DNA of 64,000 bases, taken from assembly GCA_050184475.1 (NCBI GenBank), contig JBFXAH010000022.1, forward strand, positions 44,517 through 108,516, written 5' to 3'. The position numbers and the translations under genes are program-made. How positions within the stretch are numbered: the stretch's first letter is position 1; each line of letters opens with the position of its first letter. The DNA is from Pirellulales bacterium. Lineage in GTDB: Bacteria > Planctomycetota > Planctomycetia > Pirellulales > JAEUIK01. A model generated the notes under the pieces. The model saw nothing but the letters and a program-made list of their open reading frames with translations, was not told the DNA's origin and did not search any database. Below are positions 49,373 through 57,652 of the stretch, one piece after another.

Positions 49373-50140
49373 GTGGCCAAGCTGCGCATCCTCGCACTGC
49401 ACGCCCATCCCGATGACATCGAATTCCAATGCGCCGGCACGCTGGCGTTGTTGACCGACGCCGGACACGAGATCACCATCGCCACGATGACCCCCGGCGA
49501 CTGCGGCAGCCGCGAGCATGGCCCCGACGAAATCGCCGCCATCCGCCGCGCCGAGGCGCGCCGCGCCGCCGAGCTGATTGGCGCCCGCTACGAGTGCCTG
49601 GAGTTCCGCGATTTGTCGATCGTGATCGATCTCGACGCCAAGCGGCGGGTGACCGAAGAGATTCGTCGCGCCCGGCCCGACCTCGTCTTCACAGCCCCGC
49701 CGGTCGACTACATGGACGATCACGAAGCCACCAGCCACCTGGTGCGGGCGGCCGCCTTCAACGCCAGTTGCCCGAACTACAAAACCCGCGCCTGGGAACC
49801 GGCCGAGCCGACCGAACGGATACCGCACTTGCTGTACGTCGATGCGGTCGAGGGGATCGACTTATGGGGCAACCCGCTCGTGCCCCATTTCTATGTCGAC
49901 ATCAGCGACGTTTTCGCCCGCAAGCGCGAAATGCTCGCCTGCCACGAAAGCCAGCGCAACTGGCTGCGCGCCCAGCACGGCGTCGACGAATACCTCGACA
50001 ACCAGGAGCGCTGGAGCGCATCGCGCGGCAAGGAGATCGGCGTCCGGTACGCCGAGGCGTTCCGCCAGCACCGCGGGCATCCCTACCCCGGCGACAACGT
50101 GCTGGAAAAGCTGTTGCCCGGGCGGGTGCGGGTGAAATAG
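49373..50140 (+). CDS. PIG-L/LmbE family deacetylase
   Basis: LRILALHAHPDDIEFQCAGTLALL...HLVRAAAF. Confidence 0.85.
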   Translation: MAKLRILALHAHPDDIEFQCAGTLALLTDAGHEITIATMTPGDCGSREHGPDEIAAIRRAEARRAAELIGARYECLEFRDLSIVIDLDAKRRVTEEIRRARPDLVFTAPPVDYMDDHEATSHLVRAAAFNASCPNYKTRAWEPAEPTERIPHLLYVDAVEGIDLWGNPLVPHFYVDISDVFARKREMLACHESQRNWLRAQHGVDEYLDNQERWSASRGKEIGVRYAEAFRQHRGHPYPGDNVLEKLLPGRVRVK

Positions 50141-50242
50141 CGGTGTTCCCGCGTCGCTAGCGCGGTCGGCATGTGGGCTGTCGACTATTTTGAATCTTGC
50201 CGCCGCCCGGCGGCTGGCACCTCACTCTCTCTGCGGTTGTGG

Positions 50243-50374
50243 CAATTTGCGTCCCGACCGTCCCGAGCGCGTGTTACTGGCGGTTAAGGGTTTCATGGGC
50301 AGCAACTTGCGTCGGGACGCAAATTCACATGTTTGCGTCCCGCTTGCGTCCCGAACTGGCATTTTGCGTCCCGA
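50243..50374 (+). repeat. TTGCGTCC-array element, unit A (unit-specific triplet CGA)
   Basis: TTGCGTCC-CGA at 50246, 50343 and 50363, and TTGCGTCC-CGC at 50332. Partial CGTCCCGA at 50258. Inverted TCGGGACGCAA at 50311-50321, forming the palindrome TTGCGTCGGGACGCAA (50306-50321). Confidence 0.9.
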
Positions 50375-50402
50375 GTATGGGGGTAATGGTTAGTGGTTCG
50401 TG

Positions 50403-50433
50403 GTCAGGGGTCAGGGGGGGTCAGGGGTCAGGG
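50403..50433 (+). repeat. GGGGTCA heptamer tract (canonical G-quadruplex motif; TGA in all three frames on the minus strand)
   Basis: G-runs at 50406-09, 50413-19, 50423-26 and 50430-32, separated by TCA. The TCA triplets at 50403, 50410 and 50420 fall in three different phases. Confidence 0.85.
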
Positions 50434-50443
50434 CCAAGGAACC

Positions 50444-50564
50444 CGGATCTCGCGCAAAGCCGCGAAGGCGCAAAGTAATGCGGCCTGTGGTCCGCAGATT
50501 TCGCCGATTGGGAATGCGGGCGAGTCCACGAGCGGCCCATCTGCGCAATCTGTGAAATCTGTGG
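50444..50564 (+). repeat. ~120-bp repeat, copy R1
   Basis: GGATCTCGCGC...GGCGCAAAGTAATGCGGCCTGTGGTCCGCAGATTTCGCC...GCGGGCGAGTCCACGAGC...ATCTGTGAAATCTGTGGA. Aligns with R2 apart from two indels and scattered substitutions. Confidence 0.9.
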
Positions 50565-50600
50565 ATTGTGAATTGGCCTTATCTCTCGCTCCATGTCCGG

Positions 50601-50732
50601 AATTTTGCGTCCAAACCGTCCAAAGCCGTTGTTGCCGGCAGTTAAGTCGTTCCAGCCAATCCACTTATTCTTGGACGCAAAATAAAATCGTTTGCGTCCA
50701 ACTTGCGTCCAAGCCGGAGTTTTGCGTCCAAA
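50601..50732 (+). repeat. TTGCGTCC-array element, unit B (unit-specific triplet AAA/AAG/AAC)
   Basis: TTGCGTCC-AAA at 50604 and 50721, -AAC at 50691, -AAG at 50702. Partial CGTCCAAA at 50616. Inverted CTTGGACGCAA at 50669-50679. Architecture is the same as unit A. Confidence 0.9.
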
Positions 50733-50737
50733 GACGA

Positions 50738-50860
50738 AGGATCTCGCGCCAAGGCGCAAAGCAATGCGGCCTGTTGTCCGCAGATTTCGCTGATTAACGC
50801 AGATTGGGAAAGCGGGCGAGTCCGCGAGCAGCTCCTCTGCGTCATCTGTGAAATCTGTGG
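50738..50860 (+). repeat. ~120-bp repeat, copy R2
   Basis: Second copy of R1, in the same position relative to unit B as R1 has relative to unit A. Confidence 0.9.
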
Positions 50861-51040
50861 ATGATGCATTCATGCCCACGACGAGCTTGGTCAACTGGCG
50901 GATTGCGGCGCGCACCGCGAGCGGCCCTCTCCGCACCGACTCTGACAAACGATCACGCTTGATCGCGAAGCCCCTGGGGGAGATGCGGACTGATTAGCGA
51001 AGTCGGCGGAGTGTCGTTCCTCCTTTCGATGCAGCCCCAA

Positions 51041-51112
51041 GGGGACGGGAGTCGTTTCCGGTCGGCGCGTCGACCGAGGTGAGGTCGATTTCCGGAAACG
51101 ACTCCCGTCCCC
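51041..51112. repeat. Perfect 21-bp inverted repeat (long hairpin)
   Basis: GGGGACGGGAGTCGTTTCCGG (51041-51061) is the exact reverse complement of 51092-51112. The 30-nt spacer contains a nested TCGACC/GGTCGA stem. Confidence 0.9.
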
Positions 51113-51282
51113 CTCGGCGGTTGCCGCGCGCCACGGCGGGCATGGTTTTGGACGTATTTCGGGTGCCACTGGCTCCGCCAGTGCCTGGAATTGCGCGCAG
51201 CGTGGCACCCCGAGGCCAGATTATTTGTACAGTATTATGGACGGTATATCAAGTGCAATCTGGCCACTAGCCCCCTCACCCG

Positions 51283-51445
51283 CCAGCGACGATTGCCTCG
51301 TCGCTGGCACCCTCTCCCACGAGGGGAGAGGGTATCCGAACGCCGGCAAATTTGTAGCCGGGGCCTGTGACGTCTGTGACCCCGGTCCGGCCTCACTGTA
51401 GCCGGGGTCTGCGACCCCGGTCCGGCCTCGCAGAGGCCGGCTACA
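51283..51445. repeat. Cluster of GC-rich hairpin repeats
   Basis: CCAGCGACG/CGTCGCTGG (51283-51307), CCCTCTCCC/GGGAGAGGG (51310-51332), and duplicated TGTAGCCGGGG(C/T)CTG(T/C)GAC (51353, 51397) closed by CCGGCTACA (51437-51445). Confidence 0.8.
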
Positions 51446-51540
51446 GGAAAGAGACCCGGAACAGTCCCTCGCTAGCGCGCCGGACGGGCGTGCTGGCGGC
51501 GCGTCGCGCAGGTCGACTAGCGCGTGCTGCGAGCGCGGCG

Positions 51541-51786
51541 TCACCCGCCGCTGACCGGCGGAATCAGTGCCAGCTCGTTGCCGGGGGCGATCGGAGTGCC
51601 GTCGGTCGCGTATTGAGAATCGACCGCGACGTGCGCGTGCGCGACGACCGCGGCCAGCCGCGGCTCGACTTCGACCAACCGGCGGCGCAGATCGCCGACC
51701 GTGGCGCCGTCGGCCAGCGCCAATTCCAGCTCGTTGCAGCCAGCCAACTCGCGGGCGACGGCGAATAACTTGACGGTCACTTGCAT
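51541..51786 (-). CDS. moaD: MoaD/ThiS-family sulfur-carrier protein
   Basis: 81 aa, MQVTVKLFAVARELAG...ELALIPPVSGG, with the terminal Gly-Gly. Confidence 0.8.
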   Translation of the reverse strand: MQVTVKLFAVARELAGCNELELALADGATVGDLRRRLVEVEPRLAAVVAHAHVAVDSQYATDGTPIAPGNELALIPPVSGG

Positions 51787-51835
51787 GGTGGCAGTCGATG
51801 CGCTCAGAGAATCCGGCAACCAGGTTTTGCGATCG

Positions 51836-54800
51836 CTAAGTTACGGTCAGCTCGCCGCTGCGTTGCGACAACAGGCCCGCCACTTCCGGCATCAATCCAT
51901 ACGACAAGGCCAGCAGCTTGAGCGGATGGATCGTCGGCTTGCTGGTCCCCTGTTCCATTTGCAGCTTGCAGGCGCTGCACTCGGTGGTGCCGACCTGTAC
52001 CGCTCGATCGCGCACGGCGCTGATCAACCCGATGCCGGCCCGCAGACTATTGCGAAAGTTCTCCTGCCGCAATCCAAAGGTGCCGGCCATGCCCGAGCAC
52101 CCTTTGTCGATGCGTTGTAAGCGGAGCGCCGGGATCAGCCGCAGCAGACTTTCGCCAGGGCTGCCGACTCCCAGCGCGCGCAAGTGGCACGGCAAATGGT
52201 ACCCGACGCTGGCGTTGACCGGCGCCAGGTCGAGCGCGAGCTTGCCCTGGCGGTGCAAGGCGGCGAGATAGGCGCAGGCCTCGCTGGTGTTTTCGGCCAC
52301 GAGCCGCGAATCTTCGTCGCGCAGCAGGGCCGGGTATTCCCAGGTGAGCGCCAGCGCCGCGGCCGGCTCGGTGGCCACGATGCTGAATCCCTGGCGGACC
52401 GCTTCGGCCAGCAGCCGGACGTGATGCTCCGCGGTTTCTCGCGCTTGCTCGAGCGCGCCGGCCGCGAGCAGCGACATGCCGCTGGCGCGCTGCTGCGGGT
52501 GGACGTAAACCGCGACCGTGTTGTGCTCGAACACCGCCACCAGGGCATCGCCCAGTTGTGGGTCGTGATAGTTGGCGTAGGTGTCGACGAAGTACAGCAC
52601 TTTGGGGCCGGTGCGCCGGGTGGGGCGCGTCAGCCCGCGGCGGCGCGCGCGATCGAGAAACGTCTGCGTGGCGAAGCGGGGCACCTTGCGCGCCCGCGCG
52701 ATTCCGAACAGGCGTTCGGCCAGCCAGCGCGCCTGTCGATTGCCGACCAGTCGATTGAAAAGCGGCGCGAGCCGCTGCCCGATGGCGCTAACGGCGTCGA
52801 TCCGCGCGAAGACCCAATCGCGAAAGTGCAAACCATGCGTGGCGACGTGCGCGGCCTTGGCTTCGAGCACCAACCGCGGAATGTCGACGTTGGCCGGGCA
52901 TTCGAGCCGGCACTGGTGGCAGTTCACGCAGAGATCGGCCACGGCGCGGGCTTCGTGCGTCGAGAGCGTGTCGGCCGGCATGTCGCCCGTGACCACGCCG
53001 CGCAGCAGATTCGCCTTGGCGCGGGGGGACGCCTCTTCGGCCGGAGCGAAACGAAAAATCGGACACATCCGCACGTCGGCGGCTTGAGATCGGCACGAGC
53101 CGCAGCCGTTGCAAGCGCCGGCGGCCTCGGCCAATTGATCGAGGCTCCAATTCAACTGCAATTCGACGACGCGCGGCGCGGCAGGAGGAGCCGCCGCCAG
53201 ATCGGCCGCCAGTTCGATGGCGGTCGGCGCGGCCATGACCGGTTCGACCGGCGGGCTCATCGCCCGCGACGTCAGGGGTAACGGGCGCAGATTCTTCGTC
53301 AGCAGATCCGGATCGTCGCCGATCACCTTGCCGGGGTTGAACAAGTTTTGCGGATCGAAGACGCGTTTGATCTCGGCGAACACGTCGTACAGCTCGCCGT
53401 ATTGCCGGCGCACGAAACTGGTGCGGCTCAGCCCGTCGCCGTGTTCGCCGCTGATCGTGCCGCCGACGGCCAGCACCGAGTCGTACAGGTCGCTGGCCAG
53501 GCGACGCATCGTGCCGATGCTGGCGGGATCGGCCAGGTCGAGAAAGGGCCGCAAATGCAACTGCCCGTGCCCGGCGTGACCATAGAGCGACGCGGTGACC
53601 AGGTGTCGCTTGAGCACGTTTTGCATGTCGGTGAGAAAACCGGGCAAGGCCTCGGGCGGCACGGCAATGTCTTCGACGAACGGCACCGCCCGCGACGAGC
53701 CGCGCAGCCGATAGAGTGTCGGCACGACGCGATGCGCCAATTGCCAGAAGAGCTCGATGTCGTCGCGGTCGAAGGCCTGGCGGGCATCGAACGACAGCCG
53801 GCGGCGGCGCGTCTGGTCGATCACGCGTCGCAGCCCGTCGCGCACCTCGACGGCCGTGTCGGCCTGGTACTCGACGATCAAAACTGCTTCGGCATTGCTC
53901 GGTATCAGTTTTTCGAAGCGCGGTTCGTGCTCGCGGGCCAACGACAGGTGCCGGCGATCCATCAGGTCGCAGGCGCTCGGCCCCAGCGGCACGATTTCGG
54001 CGACCGCCCGCGCCGCGGCTTCCAACCGCTCGAAGAACAACAGGGCGACGCCCCGTTGCCGGGGGAGCGGCTGCACGTCGAGCGTGGCCTCGGTCACCAG
54101 GGCCAGCGTCCCCTCGGAGCCGCACAGCAGTTTGGCGACGTCGAGATGACCGTCGGCCAACACGCCCCCCAGAGCATAGCCCGACCGATTGACGAGGCTG
54201 CGCGTCGTTTGGCGGTTGACCTGTTCGGCATGGCTTTCGAGCACATTTCCCAAGTCGGCCACGAGGGCGCGTTTGCGGGCGCTGGCTCCGCCGCTGATGT
54301 CGACATCGACTGGTTCGCGTCCGACTTCGACCACCGCGCCGTCGGCCAGGACGATCTGCAAGCTGCGCACATGGCGTCGCGCCGACCCCCACCGCAACCA
54401 ATGACTGCCGGCGGCGTCGATCGCGATCACGCTCCCCATCGTCGTGACGTGGCTCATGGCCGGATCGGGGCCGAAACAGCGCTCTTGCGCGCGGAGCTGC
54501 TGATTGAGCCGTTCGAGCACCAGGCCCGGCTGCACGCGCACGGTTTCGTCGTCGGCGCTTACAAGGCGGCGCATGTATCGCGAAAAATCGATCACCAGCC
54601 CCGGCCCCAACGACTCGCCGGCCAAACCGGTGCCGGCGCCGCGGGCGTGGATCGGTATCTCGTTTTCGCCGGCATAGCCGACCACGGCCACGACGTCGGC
54701 CAACGTCCTAGGACAGACGACCGCCAGCGGGCGGATCTGATAGATGCTGGCGTCGGTCGCGTAAAGCTGCAGCGCGACGTCGTCGGCTTGGACCGACCCT

Positions 54801-54850
54801 TCGAGCAGGCCGCGGAGATCGTCTTGGATGCGTTCTCGAACTTCGTCCAT
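51836..54850 (-). CDS. FAD-binding oxidase fused to a 4Fe-4S / CCG-domain protein (GlcD-GlcF-like, D-lactate/glycolate oxidase type)
   Basis: 1004 aa. N-terminal FAD_binding_4 region (HARGAGTGLAGESLG), ferredoxin-type cysteines (CNGCGSCRS..., CVNCHQCRLECP) and C-terminal CCG repeats (LPCHLRALG, DKGCSGMAGTFG). Confidence 0.9.
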   Translation of the reverse strand: MDEVRERIQDDLRGLLEGSVQADDVALQLYATDASIYQIRPLAVVCPRTLADVVAVVGYAGENEIPIHARGAGTGLAGESLGPGLVIDFSRYMRRLVSADDETVRVQPGLVLERLNQQLRAQERCFGPDPAMSHVTTMGSVIAIDAAGSHWLRWGSARRHVRSLQIVLADGAVVEVGREPVDVDISGGASARKRALVADLGNVLESHAEQVNRQTTRSLVNRSGYALGGVLADGHLDVAKLLCGSEGTLALVTEATLDVQPLPRQRGVALLFFERLEAAARAVAEIVPLGPSACDLMDRRHLSLAREHEPRFEKLIPSNAEAVLIVEYQADTAVEVRDGLRRVIDQTRRRRLSFDARQAFDRDDIELFWQLAHRVVPTLYRLRGSSRAVPFVEDIAVPPEALPGFLTDMQNVLKRHLVTASLYGHAGHGQLHLRPFLDLADPASIGTMRRLASDLYDSVLAVGGTISGEHGDGLSRTSFVRRQYGELYDVFAEIKRVFDPQNLFNPGKVIGDDPDLLTKNLRPLPLTSRAMSPPVEPVMAAPTAIELAADLAAAPPAAPRVVELQLNWSLDQLAEAAGACNGCGSCRSQAADVRMCPIFRFAPAEEASPRAKANLLRGVVTGDMPADTLSTHEARAVADLCVNCHQCRLECPANVDIPRLVLEAKAAHVATHGLHFRDWVFARIDAVSAIGQRLAPLFNRLVGNRQARWLAERLFGIARARKVPRFATQTFLDRARRRGLTRPTRRTGPKVLYFVDTYANYHDPQLGDALVAVFEHNTVAVYVHPQQRASGMSLLAAGALEQARETAEHHVRLLAEAVRQGFSIVATEPAAALALTWEYPALLRDEDSRLVAENTSEACAYLAALHRQGKLALDLAPVNASVGYHLPCHLRALGVGSPGESLLRLIPALRLQRIDKGCSGMAGTFGLRQENFRNSLRAGIGLISAVRDRAVQVGTTECSACKLQMEQGTSKPTIHPLKLLALSYGLMPEVAGLLSQRSGELTVT

Positions 54851-55036
54851 CGTTATCCGTTGCCGAACGCCGGAAGGCTCGCCGGCGGACTGGACTTGCG
54901 GGCCGGCAGCTCATCAGCGCCCGCCACGCTTGCGCCAACTTTGCCGAAATCGGTGCGAGGCTGGCCGCACGCCGGCGGCCGTTGGCGTACCGGCGAAAAC
55001 GATGCCCGGCAGATTTCTGCGACAATCGTACGAATC

Positions 55037-55510
55037 TCACGGCGCGGCCGGGCGACGGTCGGCCAGGCGGGCCGCCTGCTGACGATAGCGCTCGTGAGTT
55101 TCCAGCTCGAAGCCGCCGTACTCATCGAGGCGCGGCAGCCCGCGATACTGGGCGCCGCAGCGATAGCACATCAGGACATTGCCGACGCCCAGGTAGAGCA
55201 GCACGTCGACGAGCGCCGTGGCGAACAGCACGCCGAACGCCGTGGCGATCCAATAGTAGTACCAGGCGATCGAACTGATCACGAAACCGACGACCACGAC
55301 CGTCACGCCAAGCCGCTGCGGAAAGTCCTTCCGCACGAACAGATCGTGACTCGGGCAGATCAGGCAACGCTCGAGCCGCTCGCCCGCCAGGGCGTCGTCG
55401 GGCGGTTCGACGCGGGCTGAGCAGGCAGGGCAGACCACAACGCTGTGCCCATTGACCGCGCTGACGCGCACCGTCTGTTCGCAGTGCGGACACGAATAAG
55501 TGACTTGCAT
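55037..55510 (-). CDS. Zinc-ribbon membrane protein
   Basis: MQVTYSCPHCEQTV...VVCPACSARV provides a CxxC...CxxC ribbon; further Cys-containing segments are CLICPSH and MCYRCGAQY. Two TM helices lie between. ATG at 55510. Confidence 0.65.
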   Translation of the reverse strand: MQVTYSCPHCEQTVRVSAVNGHSVVVCPACSARVEPPDDALAGERLERCLICPSHDLFVRKDFPQRLGVTVVVVGFVISSIAWYYYWIATAFGVLFATALVDVLLYLGVGNVLMCYRCGAQYRGLPRLDEYGGFELETHERYRQQAARLADRRPAAP

Positions 55511-55518
55511 ATCAGGAA

Positions 55519-56361
55519 TTATAGCGGGTAGGGGGCCTGATTGGAGAGCAGGCGGGCGGCCAATTCGCCAAGAAACACCGTGATCACGGCGACATAGAGC
55601 AACCCGGTGGCGGCCTGCGTATTCGGGATGCGGAGCGTTTCTCGCGCCATGACCGCCACGATCAGGGTGCCGGCGATGCCGGCCAGCCAGCGCAGCGCCA
55701 AGAATACGATCGTGCTCCCGCCGAACTCGCTCGCCTGCGTCATCACCAGCACAAGGCCCAACAGGGCCAGGGCGCCGCGCAACAGCACGGCGAAGATGAG
55801 CGTCCAGATTAGCCGCTCCAAGGGGGCGAGCTTCATGGTGGGGGTGTTGAGATACCAGTGACCCAACAACATGGCGGCTAGCGTGGTGCCGACGAGCAAG
55901 CTGCCGGCGAAGAGGTCGAGCTCGTCGAGCAGCCAGGCTCCGGTGGATCGGCCTGCCGGCGCCAGCGTGCCCGACAATGAGGCGCCGCCGACACCTTGGC
56001 CCGTGATGGTCGCGCCGGGCGAAGCGGCCGCGATGGCGATCGCGCGATAGTCGAGCAGCCGCGATCCACCTGCGAACGAGGCGACGGCGACCACCCACAA
56101 GGCGAGGCGGCCGGCGGACGATCGTTCGTAGAGCCAAAGCGCAGCGGAAACAAAGCTGGCGACCGCGGCGATGCCGGCCAGGATCGCGGCGGTGGTGGCG
56201 CCCAACTGCCAGGCGGCCAGCGTCGCCAGGATCGCCAACCCCAGCGTTACGTAGGAATGGACGCGAAAGAACCCCGCGGGAACGTCGCGCGGCGAGATTC
56301 GCGCCATCACCAGGGCCAGGCCGCAGGACATTTGCAGGCTGAAAATCGCCAGCAGCGTCAC
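55519..56361 (-). CDS. Multi-pass membrane protein, unknown function
   Basis: 280 aa with about 7 hydrophobic helices. It lies 34 nt downstream of folE and 8 nt upstream of the zinc-ribbon gene. Confidence 0.6.
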   Translation of the reverse strand: MTLLAIFSLQMSCGLALVMARISPRDVPAGFFRVHSYVTLGLAILATLAAWQLGATTAAILAGIAAVASFVSAALWLYERSSAGRLALWVVAVASFAGGSRLLDYRAIAIAAASPGATITGQGVGGASLSGTLAPAGRSTGAWLLDELDLFAGSLLVGTTLAAMLLGHWYLNTPTMKLAPLERLIWTLIFAVLLRGALALLGLVLVMTQASEFGGSTIVFLALRWLAGIAGTLIVAVMARETLRIPNTQAATGLLYVAVITVFLGELAARLLSNQAPYPL

Positions 56362-56395
56362 GTCGTTCGTCGCTTTCCAGGGCGCGCTGCGCGTG

Positions 56396-57049
56396 TCACC
56401 GCGGCGTGTGTCCGTAGATCAGCGTCATCACCTCCGAACGGCTCGACAGATTCGAGCGGAACAGGCCGCGCATGGCCGAGGTGACGCACAGGCTCCCCGG
56501 TTTGCGGATGCCGCGGATCGTCATGCAAGTGTGTGTTGCCTCGAGCACGACGGCCACGCCCTTGACGCCCAGCTCTTGCTCCAGGAGGTCGGCGATTTGT
56601 TCGGTCATCCGCTCTTGCACCTGCGGCCGGCGCGACACAACCTCGACCACGCGGGCCAGCTTACTCAAACCCACCACGCGGCCGTTGGGGACGTAACCGA
56701 TGTGGGCCGTGCCCAGAAACGGCAGCAAGTGATGCTCGCAGGTGCTGTTAAAGCTGATGTCGCGGACCAGGACGATCTCGTCGTACTTTTCGGTGAAAAA
56801 CTTCTGCAAATGCAACCGCGGATCTTCGTGTAGCCCGGCGAACAGCTCGCCGTACATCCGGGCGACACGAGCCGGCGTTTCGCGCAGCCCTTCGCGATCC
56901 GGGTCTTCGCCGACGGCAGCCAGAATTTCGCGGACCGCCCGCGCGATGCGTGCCTGGTCGACTTGCGGAGCCGCCGTGCCGGTCGCCGGCTCGTGCTCGT
57001 CGGCGACCGATCCATTGATAGTGCTGGGCGAAGCGTGAACTTTCGACAT
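56396..57049 (-). CDS. folE: GTP cyclohydrolase I
   Basis: [54 protein letters not shown] at 57049 (MSKVHASP...). Confidence 0.95.
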   Translation of the reverse strand: MSKVHASPSTINGSVADEHEPATGTAAPQVDQARIARAVREILAAVGEDPDREGLRETPARVARMYGELFAGLHEDPRLHLQKFFTEKYDEIVLVRDISFNSTCEHHLLPFLGTAHIGYVPNGRVVGLSKLARVVEVVSRRPQVQERMTEQIADLLEQELGVKGVAVVLEATHTCMTIRGIRKPGSLCVTSAMRGLFRSNLSSRSEVMTLIYGHTPR

Positions 57050-57291
57050 GCGAGGCCTCGGAGGTCTGGGCGGCGGAAGCGGTTGCTTGTCGCCGGCGCC
57101 GGTTCTTACAAGATAACCCCAAAACGCGGGGCGGACAGGGCAGGGCATCCGCCGGAAAACCGACCCCAAGACCGCAATTCACAAGCCGGCCCGGCAATAG
57201 CGGGCGCCATCGCCAAGTCGGTCCTTTCGACTGTCTTGTTGTTGCGCCTTCCTAGCCTGGCAAGCCGCCTGTGCGGTCCAGGCGGCTCGAA

Positions 57292-57652
57292 TTAAGAAAT
57301 CCCCAGCGCCGCTTTGAGGGCATCATCAACCTTAAGCATGATCGCGGCAGAGGCGACGCCAATGCTACGTGTGATGAGGGCGGATTCGACCGTGTAAAGA
57401 TTCTCGCAGGTAATTGCCGACGGATGGAGCAACCCCGACGCGGCTCCTTGGCTTGTCGTTGGGTCCACCAGAACTTGCGTCGCTGCGCGAGCCACTCGCC
57501 AGGTCGTGGTGGTGATGCCGGCGATCACGGTGTTAGTCAGCCGCGCATTGAGGGCATCCGCCTGCACGACAACCGCGGGGCGCAGTTTTTTTGCCGTGCC
57601 CCGAGGAGAAGGGAAACGACACGAGCACGATATCCCCGCGCGAGATCTTCAT
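57292..57652 (-). pseudogene. mazF: MazF/PemK-family toxin gene interrupted by a +1 frameshift in an A7 run
   Basis: The ATG at 57652-57650 overlaps the antitoxin stop (ATGA) and gives MKISRGDIVLVSFPFSSGHGKK, which then goes out of frame. ORF 57292..57567 in the next frame continues (KKL)RPAVVVQADALNARLTNTVIAGITTTT... The junction is the T7/A7 run at 57586-57592. Removing one A gives one continuous ORF of about 119 codons. Confidence 0.8.

Noticed and set aside
50243-50732. CRISPR array interpretation of the TTGCGTCC repeats.
   Set aside because: The repeat unit is only 8-11 nt and the spacers are 0-40 nt. Copies occur in both orientations, and there are no cas genes in the window. This is not CRISPR architecture.
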